A stretch of DNA of 63,958 nucleotides, the filler included, from Folioceros fuciformis (lineage: Eukaryota): NCBI GenBank assembly GCA_049999805.1. It is 6 parts of 6 records of this genome, joined end to end, with 100 filler letters (N's around TTAATTAATTAA, not from the genome) between each part and the next. Parts side by side here need not be neighbours in the genome. Positions count along the whole stretch, not along the records: positions 1 to 17,183 come from JBNGIO010006396.1; 5 more parts are not named here. One strand, given 5' to 3'. Shown here in pieces: positions 1 to 11,520 of the stretch. The translations under genes were made by a program, and so were the position numbers. Every line of letters begins with the position of its first letter. Within the stretch, counting starts at the first letter, position 1. Below the pieces are notes generated by a model that had not been told where the DNA came from, searched no databases, and saw only the letters and a list, made by a program, of their open reading frames with translations.

Positions 1-41
1 ACGTCTCTTGGTCATGTTTAACTAAGAACATTACCCTTTAA

Positions 42-3000
42 ATGTCAAACAACAATAGAGGACGACGACCTAGACCAAACCCACCTGGAAGGGGTGGAGG
101 CAGATCAATTGGACAAGGTCACAACCCTATGAATGCGTCAGATAGTGTTTCAGAAGAACTGAACATTTCAGCATCCTTTGATCCTCTTGCCTCCTCACAG
201 TCAAGTTCATCCACCTCTGCGTCAGCACTTGCTGCACATCGGGCAAGATTAGCTCAAGCCCATGCAGCTAAACAAGCTAGTTTAGCAGCACAACTTGCAC
301 TAGCAACTCACGCAATAAGAAACACTCTAGCCACTCACATAGTGCACACCATGGCAAACCCTGCAGGGGGTACAGTGAACAACACCACAGTGCATAATTT
401 GAGAATAGATTTCAAAGAAAGGGATCGTTTCTCTGGCTCACAATTCGATATTTGGGCCCTTTGTGTGAAGACCATTCTTCGGGAGTAGGATCTGTGGGAT
501 GTTGTAACTGGCACATTGCCTAAACCTGCAGCTACAACATCTGTTGCTGACAGGAATGCTTGGGTAAAGCAGGATTTGCGTGCACTTGGAGTCATCCAGT
601 CAGCTCCGGATGGATCCATGATGTACTACACTCAAGATGCGGAGTCAACCAAGGCAGTTTGGGATGCACTAAGTTAATCTTTCCAGGTGGTCAATGGCAC
701 CTCCTTAGTGACAGCCACCAGATCCTTCTATAACTGCAAAATGAAGGAAAATGATTCTATTGAATCACATATAAGCAAGTTTCGAGTATTGAGATCGAAG
801 CTTACCTCATGTGGTACACAGATCTCTGAAATGCAAGCAGCAGTTGCATTACTCCTTTCTCTTCCAGAAAGTTACAGAACTTTCGTCAGCAATCAAAGTT
901 CGACGCTAAGGCAGATGGCACAAGTCACTCCAGCAGGTCAGACCCCAAGAGTATCGCTCTCTGATCTCATTGGTGCTCTTCTCGAGCAAGAGTCAACAAG
1001 GCAGGCACTTCGAGGTGGTACCTCCCACAAGGGAGAGTCGTCACATAGGGTACTCTTTACAATCAAAGGCCCTCGACGACAGCCACCACCACACCAACCT
1101 TGGCAACCAAACACAAACATGAAAAAGCGTTCAACTAATAATGTTGCGAAAAAGAAGGGGCCTTGCAACTGGTGTCTTATCCCTGGACACTATGAATCCG
1201 AGTGCAGGAAAAAGAAGGCCAATGAGCCCAGAAGAATTGCACCACCCGCTGAGAGCAATCTAGTACAACGAAATCACCAAACTATCTTGGCAGTCAGCTT
1301 GGTGGCAACTGCTGTAAGGAAGGATACTTGGTTTCTGGACTCTAGCGCTTCAAGTCACATCTGCCATGATAGGAGTGCGTTCAGGACATATACACCCATT
1401 CCTCCAGGTCAGATGGTGCTGCTTGGAGATGATCGTGGCTGTACCATTGCAGGTATGGGCAAAATTCCCTTGCTGCTAACTAATCATTCCACCCTAGAGA
1501 TCGTAGATGTCCTTCATGTACCTAGAATGGTCAAAAACTTGGTATCAGTCATCAAGCTAGCTAGACAGCACCCTGTACGCATGGCGTTTGAGAAACAGGA
1601 CTGTATACTTACCGATTCACAGCACCCAAGTAGGGTTTTAGCTACAGGAACTCCTTGCAATGATCTCTATGAGTTAGATGTCGTGTCTAAGTTAAGCACA
1701 CATCCAAGGACAGTACACTTGAGTCAAGCAGCCCTCAAAGATCGGCAGTCCATGCTTTGGCACTACCGCCTTGGGCATGCAAACTTCGATAAGATCAAGC
1801 TGATGGTGGCAGACAATAACCTGTACAGAGAAAAGTTTATGTTAACATTCATAGACAAGTAGTTTTGTGAGCCTTGTGTCTATGGAAAACATCAAAGGCA
1901 ACCCTACAAGGACCAGAATCCTACCAGGGCTTCTTAGCTTTTAGAGTTGGTCCATTCAGACCTCTGTGGACCTATGTCCACACCCTCTTTGGGAGGAGCA
2001 CTTTACATCTTGTCGTTTATCGATGAATGGAGTAGGTATACTATCCTGTACTACATCAAACACAAGAGTCAGACGTTGGGATGCTTCATGGAGTATGTTA
2101 CCTATGCTCAGCGGCAAACAAGTGGACAAGTCAAATGTATTCGAAGTGACAATGGAGGCGAATATGTCTCAGCCGCCTTTGATACCTATTGCCGTAGCTT
2201 GGGTATTGGGCGCCAGTTCACTGTTCCATATACATCATCCCAAAATCCAATTGCGGAGCTCACAAGCAGGCATCTGTAAGAGCAAGCAAAATCTATGTTA
2301 AAGATATTTGGCTTGCCTAGGGAGTATTGGGCAGAAGCCGTGGCAACCACAAACTATATCAAAATGCGCCTACCCACAAAATCCTTCGTTGGAGCAACTC
2401 CGTTTGAGCGTTGGACCTCTCAAAAACCGCACATTAATCATCTTAGGATTTTTGGAGCACTAGCTTATGCCCATCTGTCCGAAGATCAACGAGTGAAGCT
2501 GGACTATAAAGCACGCAAGTATGTGTTTGTTGGGTACACCGAAGGTATAAAAGGGTATAAGCTCTTCGATCTTGCTTCCAAAACAACCACACATGCATGG
2601 AGCGTAGTGTTCAATGAGGCATTGTTGTTAGATCAACCTCACATGTCTGAGCAACCACGACAGGATAATGATAACCTTTCCACCAGTGAGTTCTTCACAG
2701 ATAGTGATAGTAATACGTTCACTCCGCCAGACATTCAGATACCTGTAACAACAGTACAAACACCCCAGCCTCTAAGATCAGTCTCTGCACCTAGTCATCT
2801 CCCTCCTGCTCAGCAAATCTTACCAACTGAAGAGGAGCTTAGCACATTCCCAGACGATGGTGATGTGCATTCTGTACTTGCACCCATGTAAGGGTCAGCA
2901 GGAGATGCAACAGCCAGTACCTCAGAAGAAATAAACAAGGAAACAACACAAAACTACACAGATGTGTACGTACCTCCTGAGCCATTGAGAAGGGGAACAG

Positions 3001-4933
3001 ACCTTGGAAGAAGGCGTCACACCTCGTCACCAAATGAGTGGAACACTCCCCCCCTTTCATATAGATCCTTCCTCGTTCAGGACGATAGGGATCCACTTGA
3101 CATGGGTGAACCTCAAACTTATACTGAGGCTATGACTGGTCCAAAGGCAGAAAAGTGGAAGGCAGGCATCCAGTCAGAATACCAATCACTCATAGATAAC
3201 AAGACATGGGAACTTGTGGATTTACCTCAGGGCCGCAAGGCAGTAACGTGCAAGTGGGTATTTAAGAAAAAGATTAACCAAGATGGTGTTGTGGCAAGGT
3301 ACAAAGCAAGGCTGGTAGCACATGGCTACAGCCAAGTGGGAGGACTTGACTACAACGAGACCTTCTCTCCAGTAGTCAGAGCAACCTCAATTCATACCCT
3401 ATTAGCATTGGCACCTCAGTATGATTACAAAATGGAGCACATGGATGTTAAAACCGCCTTCCTAAACGGTAACCTGGAGGAAACAATTTTCATGTGTCGG
3501 CCAGAAGGGTTTGTGGATCTCAAAAAACCAAACAAGGTATGCAAACTGCTAAAAACTATCTATGGACTTAAGCAGTCACCTAGGGAATGGTACAAGAGGA
3601 TCGAGTCATACCTTAAGAAGTCTGGATTCGTCCAGAGCTCTGCTGACAACAACGTATACAAGCTGCATGAGAAGCATGGAGTTGTATACCTGGCACTAAA
3701 TGTTGACGATGCCGTAATCATTGCCAGCAGCCCAGCTTTAATGACCAAGGTTAAGGGTATACTCACATCTGAGTTCAGCATGTCCGACCTTGGGTAGTTA
3801 ACCTATTTCCTTGGAATTCAGATTGTACAGAACTTGGCATGCCACACAGTCTTCATACACAAGACAACCTTTATACAGCACATGCTAGCTAGGTTCCGGA
3901 TGCAAGACTGTAAGCCAGCTGCCACACCTATGCCAGTGGGAGACAAACTCTCCATAGATCAGTGCCCTAAGTCAAAAGAGGAAAGACAACTCATGGCCAC
4001 CATTCCCTACAGATCAACAGTATGCATATTAATATATTGTCGAAATTGGACAAGGCCAGAATTATCCCATTCAGTGGGAGCAGCAGCTCAATTCCTTACC
4101 AACTATGGGAATGCACATTGGGTGGCAGCCCATAGGATAATGCGTTATCTTAAAGGAACCCCAACACTTGGCCTCCTCTACAAGAAGAGACCTGAAAGAC
4201 TGCTGCTAACTTGTTTCTGTGATGTAGACTGGTCATCAGACAGTGATACCAGGAGATCAATCTCTGCTAACTGCCTATTGTTAGGGAAAAATGAGTATGA
4301 CTCAACCATCATCTCCTGGTACAGCAAAAAGCAACACGTTGTTGCTCTCTCCTCGACAAAAGTAGAATATGCTGCAACAGCAACAACATCGCAAGATATT
4401 GTCTATACTAGAGGTTTGCTGGAGTCACTACAGGAGCAGTAGACAGCACCCACACTTCTCCTTTGCGACAATCAATCTGCAATTGTGTTAGCTCGCAACC
4501 CTGTAATGCACTCCCGCACAAAACACATAGACATAAAACATCACTTCATTAGGCAGGTTATCTCAGACGGTCAGATAAGTTTACAGTACTGTCCAACAGC
4601 AGAGAATGTCGCTGACCTCCTGACCAAAGCACTGCCTAAAGACAAGCATGATAAGTTTAGTAGAGCCATAGGGCTCACAGAAAATCCTAGCACATAGCCT
4701 GCATGCACACAACAGTCAACATATTCTACTTGTTATCTAAACCCGCTGATCTCCATACTCCCTTGAACCATCAAGCTGACATGTTTGTAGTGCACTTGTA
4801 CCAGGACACTGCATGCATGCAGCTTCCATCTCATTGGGAGGAAGGTTCAGACAAGCTTCGGTGCAGGAGGGAGTGTACCTGAGATCATGGCAAGTTAAAG
4901 GAACAAGTGAAAATCACTGCTGGCTAAGTGGGA
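42..4933 (+). mobile_element. Degenerate Ty1/Copia LTR retrotransposon (gag-PR-IN-RT-RNaseH, multiple stops/frameshifts)
   Basis: Gag CCHC CNWCLIPGHYESEC; protease WFLDSSASSH; integrase VHSDLCGP and IRSDNGGEY; RT KARLVAHG, MDVKTAFLNG, YGLKQ, NVDD; RNaseH DVDWSSD and HSRTKHID, in Copia order. Purine tract AAGTGGGAG at ~4925. Confidence 0.96.
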
Positions 4934-5183
4934 GTAAAAGAATGCATTACTGTTTATTTTCTAAGTAGCCAGCAATGAGTTAATTAAATAAATATTAAAA
5001 CTGAACGGACATGTATGAAACGTCATACATGCCATAGATTCATACGGGCGCATAGAAACGACGTGCCCTAACTATTGAACCGTCGTCATGGTTAAGGGAC
5101 GTGCTNNNNNNNNNNCGTCACCGTCACTCACAAAAGGGAGTGCAATGACGCATAACTAATTCTACTCTCTCTCATGTTTTCCT

Positions 5184-7216
5184 TCATCCAATTCTACCTA
5201 GTACGTCTTGAAAATACCTGTATTTCTGTCGTTTGCTGCTCCAACTTGTTACTGTCCCACCAAGTAGGTAAAGGTAGGTACTTATGCTCTTTCTGTCGTC
5301 GACGTTGCTGGCCAAGTCGGCGTTGCTAAACCCCTCGAGTTGTAGGGGTTGATGTTGTTGGATTTGAGAGTGATAGAGAAGTCCCATATCTAAGGTAGCC
5401 CTTAGGTACCTAAAGATTCTCTTCACTACTTTCCAATGAGCTCGAGTGGGAGCTGATAAGTACTTAGACAAGGCTCCCATTGAGAATGAAATATCCATTC
5501 TAGTGCAAACCATTAGATACATTAGACTTCCGAGCGCTGAAGAGTAAGGCAGCTCATCGCTGCTGTAAGGATTATCTTCATGTTGTTGGTCCTCTTCTTC
5601 AGTAAGCTTCAGGTTGATCTCCATAGGTGTGGAGATGGGCTTGGAGTCTATCATCTTGTACTTAGTTAGAATCTCCTGTATGTACTTGGACTGATGGATA
5701 AATAGGCTTCTAGCCTTTTTATCTCTTATAACTTGAATCCCTAGACAAAATGAGAGTTCCTAATAGGTGGTCATAAAGAATCATTCTGCTAACATGAGTA
5801 TGGTGTCCTCTAGAAGTGCCTTGGAACTGGAGCATGGAGCTTATGACCTTGTTGACTGTGAGTGGGGATACGCCTTGCAGGGACTGTACTACAGATACCC
5901 ATGATTCGGGTAAGGTAGTCAAGAGGATCGTTGCTGAGAGGTCCTCGGTCATGGAGAAGCCAGTGGCTAAGAATTTTGCTGTCCAGCTGCGGAACATCAT
6001 CACATGGTGGTCAACTTGGTCTCCCTCGGCCATTCGAAGGTTGAAATAATTCTTCAATGTATGCACAGTATGCATAATATCGCTGGCTGCGTAGATTTCA
6101 TGTAGCTGCTTCCATGCTTGGGCTGTTGTTTCAGCTCCTTCAATTTGCTATATGTTGCTATGTTGCATTAACTGCATAATTACATTTTTGGTCTGTTGGT
6201 TCTTTTCATCCCATGCGTTTTTTTCGGCTGAAGGGCAGATGAGCCTAGGTGTGGAGTGACCACTGAAAAAGTGCCGACGCCCCCAACATAAGCCCATAGT
6301 TTTCTCTCCATCAAGATGTTGGTAATTCCATACTGCGAAGTTATGTTGTTGGCCGTCGAAACGGTCTTCCTTGGACAAGGAGATCGTGGAGGTAGACATG
6401 TTGGGAGCAATTTTATTTGTGGCTACAGGCGAATAGTTGTGTGCCTGAAGATGTGTTCTATTTCTAGTCTCATTGTGAAAGAGATTAAGTATGTTTTGGT
6501 TGTCGTTGTGCTTGGTTTTGCAGGGTTGTAATCAAGGGCTGTGAGTTTCTGAAGGATATCTTGCTGGATTGACTTGATTTCCTGTTCTAAAGGTCTGCTA
6601 ATTAGGTTGTGTTGTCTACATATACTTGATATGTGTGTTGCAATTTTGTCTTCTATGTGTGAGATGGAAAGATGGAAAGATGCGATGTGATTTGGAAGTG
6701 TGAATTGTAATCATTGATTGTCATGTCGTGAACAGGAAGGATACTTGGATGTATCCCCAATCGTATTCAAGTGGGTCAAGAAAACCACGCAATAGTAGCT
6801 ATTCTCCGGTTAGCAGGAGTAGGGAGCATACGCGGAACCAGGCGTAGTGTAGCAGGTTCTCATTGGCTTCTTTTAGAGATGTTTGCTCTCTTTGGATTCT
6901 GGTGATTTCTAATTGTGCTGCCAGTTTGTTGGTCCTTGCTTGTAGACGTTGGCGTCTCTATTGGCCTGGCATTGCTCATTAGGGAAGGCAGTTCGCTTGC
7001 TCTGATACCATGTAAATGGAGCAAGAGGCGAGAGCGATGGATATTCAGGCGGTGGATTTAGCATTAGATTGAAGCGTAGAAGGTTTGCACCTTTGTGCAG
7101 AGTCAAGCGTCACAAGCGAGATGCTGTGTGGTTTTAACCGTTCCACTTATACTGATTGGTATCCTGACCTAGGATGAACTGTGCCCTGGTAGGCCCAAGT
7201 ACTATTATTATTAATA
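5184..7216 (-). mobile_element. Internally deleted Ty1/Copia element (5' LTR, PBS, gag joined to the RT C-terminus/RNaseH start)
   Basis: Met-tRNA PBS at 6999-7010 on the minus strand. Gag (KEDRFDG, LRMAEGDQVDHH, LLTTLPESW) jumps at ~5720-5800 to LFIHQSKY...YSSALGSLMYL...EGFSNAD. PR, IN and most of RT are absent. Confidence 0.88.
6999..7010 (-). promoter_or_regulatory. Primer binding site (initiator tRNA-Met), TGGTATCAGAGC
   Basis: gctctgatacca on + strand, directly next to the LTR end (...TACA on minus) at 7011. Confidence 0.92.
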
Positions 7217-7412
7217 ATCCGGTCCCGTCCGCATGTAGGTACTGAAGGCTGGGGAGTGCGGGGAGGGGATTCGAATAGTTTACATGAAAATAAAGGGTTC
7301 CGGAAAGATCCAGCCATGTGAGCCCAGTCAAGAACTGGAAGTCGCTACTGGTGCCACCCACTTTGCTATTGGACGACATGTCCAATTCTTGAAGGCTTCG
7401 AAGATAGCCCAT
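7217..7412 (-). pseudogene. Plant extracellular LRR gene fragment, truncated by the Copia LTR
   Basis: LRSLQELDMSSN, LTGLTWLDLSGT and LPSLQYLHADGT fit the LxxLxxLDLSxN consensus. Confidence 0.75.
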
Positions 7413-7603
7413 CTGGGATAGATCGAGCTCTGGTCAATCAAGGCAGGCAGGTCCAAAATCTGAATACTTAGGTTTAGGGTTTAAGGTCTAGACCTATATT
7501 AAAGAAATTTCTTTTTATTTTAGAAAAAACAGGATGAAAACCCATTAAACTTCGAAAGGGAGATAAACCATGATAGGGACAATATATCCAAATCCTCTTA
7601 AGT

Positions 7604-7948
7604 ATAATGACTACCAATAGCACCTAAAATGACTACCAATAGCACCTAAAACACCATGATAGGGATACTAGGGGTTAATCCCCTAAGCCTAATGACTACC
7701 AATAGTACCTAAAACACCATGATAGGACACTAGGAGCTAATCCCCTAAAGCCTAATGACTACCAATAGTACCTAAAACACCATGGGACACTAGGGGCTAA
7801 TCCCCTGAAGCCTAATGACTACCAATAGCACCTAAAACACTAGGGATATTGGGGCCTGACCCCCTAAAACCTAACGACTACCAATAGCACCTAAAACACC
7901 TATGGCACTTGGGCTAATCCCCTACTAATAACACCTAAAACATCATGG
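7604..7948. repeat. Tandem array of ~60-bp units (AATGACTACCAATAGCACCTAAAACACC...GGGGCTAATCCCCT), 5-6 copies
   Basis: Unit restarts at ~7606, 7628, 7692, 7754, 7814 and 7873. Confidence 0.9.
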
Positions 7949-7991
7949 TCAGGGAGGAGAAACCACTAGAGTTGCTTACGTCACTACTCTT

Positions 7992-8358
7992 TGCAACGTT
8001 GTCATCCCATACATGGCATTAGTATTGAGCAATGGAAACCCTGTACCCCTATTGCCAATGTTGTCGTCCTGTACCTATATATGGCATTAGCTAACGCTCA
8101 CTATTAAGCAATGGAAACCCTCTACCTCTATTGCCAACGTTGTCGTCCTCTATATGGCATTACCCAACACTTGCTATCGAGCAATGAAAACCCGTTGTCG
8201 AAGAAGAAGACCAAGAACTCCCCTTGGCACAAGACTTTGAAAACATGGAAAATGCCTTGCACATCATGAGCATGTAGATCTGAATAAAATGCCTTGTGCA
8301 TCATGAGCACGTAGGTCTAAATAAACTACCTTGCGCACCATGAGTACTTAGGTCTAAA
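7992..8358. repeat. Three ~70-bp degenerate units followed by ~36-bp units (AAATGCCTTGCACATCATGAGCA.GTAG.TCTGAATA)
   Basis: caacgttgtcgtcc...tggcatta...gcaatggaaaccc occurs three times; the 36-bp unit occurs three times at 8250-8358. Confidence 0.8.
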
Positions 8359-10808
8359 TGTCACGATACCAAAGGTGAGCTTAAGGTTGAGTAAGCAGCG
8401 CGAAACAATTATCCTTTAAATAAGGATTAGTTTAGAATAATGCCATTTAAATATTGGCAATTAGGAAACGCTAAACGGTAATTAGTAAACACCCAAAACC
8501 AGAGAACGTGGATTAGGGCATGTTGGCAGCTGCCCTGCTGAAACCCGTGGGCTCACACCAAGAGTGTGAGCCCAACCAAATGAGCATGACTCAAAGAGGC
8601 AAGCCCGCACTAGAATCGATGACGTCAGCCATGGCCGCCACGCTAAACCCTGGAGATGGAGATGGAGGCCGCTACTCGTCGAGGTCACACCAAAGGAGAG
8701 TGCCTGTTGCTATCTTAGAAACTCAATTGCTTTTGTTGTTCCAGCCATATTTGGGCTCAAGAGTTGTAAGGATTGATGTTCTTCGTATCTCGCTGTAGCA
8801 TCTGGTGTGATTTACCCGACTCTAAGCTGCCTGGCATATGCAGCTCGTCAATCAAGTTCTTCCAACGAAAACGTCCAGAAACCTGCATGTGAGCAGATTC
8901 CATGTCACTTCGACGACTAGCTGCGAGATCTGAGTGCAACTAGGCTTAGAGGGGGTGGTGACGCACCTACAGCAAGGCGCCATCCTCCCCGTCTTGCCAG
9001 CCGCCAGCTGCAACGTTGACTTAACAAGTTTAGGGTTACCAACCTTCCATGGCTCATAGCGCCCCCAATATAGATTGGTTGCCATTGGTTCTTATACTAT
9101 TCGACTTGCCTTGTCAAGGCAAACAGTTTGGTATGCTTTGTGTGCGATTTGGAGCCCTATGTAGGGACTAATTGCATTTGAAAGTTTCGGACAACAGGGT
9201 TTTGCTCTTGTTGCATTTGTTTTGATTTTCGATCTGGCATTGCGAGTGAGCGAGGCCACGTGCTGCAATCTTCACATGTGAGCTGGAGTTTTGCTGTGGT
9301 GTGTTCCTAAATCCTAGGGCAGACATAGGGAATTGTGGGTGTTGCAGCATGATCAGATCTAGAGCAGTTGTGCTTTCTGTTTTGTGCTGGGAAGGCATCT
9401 AGGGTTCTCTAACAAGTGTGCTTGCATGCCACCTCTCGTTGAGAGTTGGTCGTTTGTGTGTGAGTTGTTGCATGGGTTATGCAACCCGAGGAGCCAGAAG
9501 GTAGCCCATGTTATCATCTGCAATCGAGGAACGTCCCTGCTAGGGTTACACCGGAGCGTGCACAAGCCAGGAGGAGGAGAGCTGCACGTCAACGATGTTT
9601 GTCTTGGGAGGAAGAGGTCCAAGAGGACCATCAAGCTGGGCCAAGTGCTGTAGACCAGCAGCAACCAGAGATCGAGAGTTGGTCTCCGTTTGTGGGCTGG
9701 ATAGCCACAGCTGCCCCCACAGCTCCTTTGGGAAGCCAAGGAGCTGGTTTCAATTGTCCTGTATTCACAACTGCGAGGTTAGGGTCTCAAGGTCGGGCAG
9801 ACCTCTTTGAGGATTCAAATACTGGATCCATGGAGGGAGGAGCACCTTACAAGCAGGAGAGATTCTCCGGGAGACCAGGGACACAGACTTTGCGGGATTT
9901 CAGACTGCAGCTCAATGATGTCTTCAGTCATGTAAAATTCAAGCATGCTAGAGCTTACAACCATTTGTATATGTTCGAGCAGCTTTCAAGTTATCTGACA
10001 AATGAAGCTCTGGACCTTTATGAGTTGCATCAGGCTGAGCTCACAGCCATGGTGTCCACGCCTAATCCAAGGTTCCAAGAGGCTCTTCAGCTGTCTTACA
10101 ACGCCAAGCTAGCTGCAGCCATTCAGGGTCATCAGCAGGCCTTTGTTGCAACCATGGTGGCACCAACAGTGCCACCCCCAACGATCGTAACTCTTACACC
10201 AGATGAAAGGATAGCAGCCACTATGGGCATACCCGATGAGCTGCAGGTTCCTAAGTATGCCAACCCTATCGAAGAATTCATGGGCATTTTGGAGAAAGCC
10301 TTCCCATAGAAGACTCCGGAGAAAATTGCAGAGCATGCATCTTTTGCTAGGAAGAAGGGAGAAACCGTGCAGATGGCGTTCCGTAGACTGCAGAAGCTAC
10401 GTGAAGGCGCAGGGATGCTAACGGACCAAGAGGCAGCGGAGAAATTCCTAACAGCCTTGGAAGGAGACCCACTCTTTCACTTTCAGCTCATCACAACGTT
10501 GGTGGATAAATATGGTGATAGGTATACCTTGGAGCAAGTACATGAAGAAGCTAAACGCAAGAAGATTGCTTTCTCTGCATATGCTTCACGACACTCCAAG
10601 GCATTTACTCATTACCAGTCTATGTTCTCCACAAAGGGGTCTATTGCAACAGGTTCATGGGCCAAGTCACAGCAGGCCAAGCCTATCAAGGCTAGAGCAG
10701 CTACAGCTATAGTTGCTTCTTTGTGCAACTACTGTGGCAGTTCTGAGCATATGAGCCCAGCCGACAAATGCCCATCGGAAGGCTTGTACTGCACACATTG
10801 TCACACAC

Positions 10809-11520
10809 ATCCAGGCCCTGGGATCCATAGATGTGCTAATAACTAGCTAGGAATGCCAAGGGTTCTCCCAAGCAGGCGCAGGAGCGGGGTTGGAGGACTG
10901 TTGCACTGGGTTGTTGCGAGACCTGCACCAGATCTTGGCATAGGTGCAATAGGAAAATCCACAGTGTGGCTATCTCCTCAAGAACACTCCAGCGCAGCTT
11001 GACAAGAGGGACTCCGTGCGACAGGACATGGCAGTCGTGGAGCACCATCTTGGTGCTCCCTTTCTTTTGGATGCTATCCAGGTGGGTAGTTATGCGCACC
11101 GTCTCGCAACTACTGGACCAACCTCATCCCTAATTTAGTCTTGGCACTCGTGCTTCGCAACACGAAGCGGGATCCCACCTTGCAGCTGCAGGATGTGTTG
11201 GATGCAGATCATGAACCCAGGATGTGGTTGCTAGTGGGCGACCACCCTGGCATCCAACCAACACACCTGGTCAGCCTCGCAAAACATTGCCTACCCTGGT
11301 GAGCTTTCCTGGCTCCTTTGCCTATCGCGGCAACGGCACTGGATTGCTATACAACACCACCACAAAGCAATGGGAAGAGCCCTCCATTGAGGAGCGTGAG
11401 CAGATCATGGGCTTTCCAGCACATGCCACAGCAACACCGCAGGTTACAGTCTCTCAGCGCTGTGCTGGTATCGGTTGAGCTATGTACTTGCACGCCATCA
11501 CTTGGCTTGTGAGTTTATGC
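10809..11520 (+). pseudogene. DNMT3/DRM-like C5-cytosine DNA methyltransferase domain (motifs IV-X) inside the Gypsy pol, disrupted
   Basis: Manual translation. Frame +3: IDVLITS*ECQGFSQAGAGAGLED (motif IV), GYLLKN (VI), LGAPFLLDAIQVGSYAHRL. After a frameshift: RNYWTNL (VIII)...LQLQDVLD. After a second frameshift: EREQIMGFPAHAT (IX), SQRCAGIG*AM (X). The last frame continues into RT. Confidence 0.88.

Noticed and set aside
6410-6998. Leader ORF homologue in the minus-strand Copia (LEQEIKSIQQDILQKL)
   Set aside because: Only a short heptad-like stretch among stops and frameshifts; too weak to call.
7604-7948. CRISPR-like repeat array
   Set aside because: The 'spacers' are themselves homologous, there are no cas genes, and the context is eukaryotic. 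It is a minisatellite.
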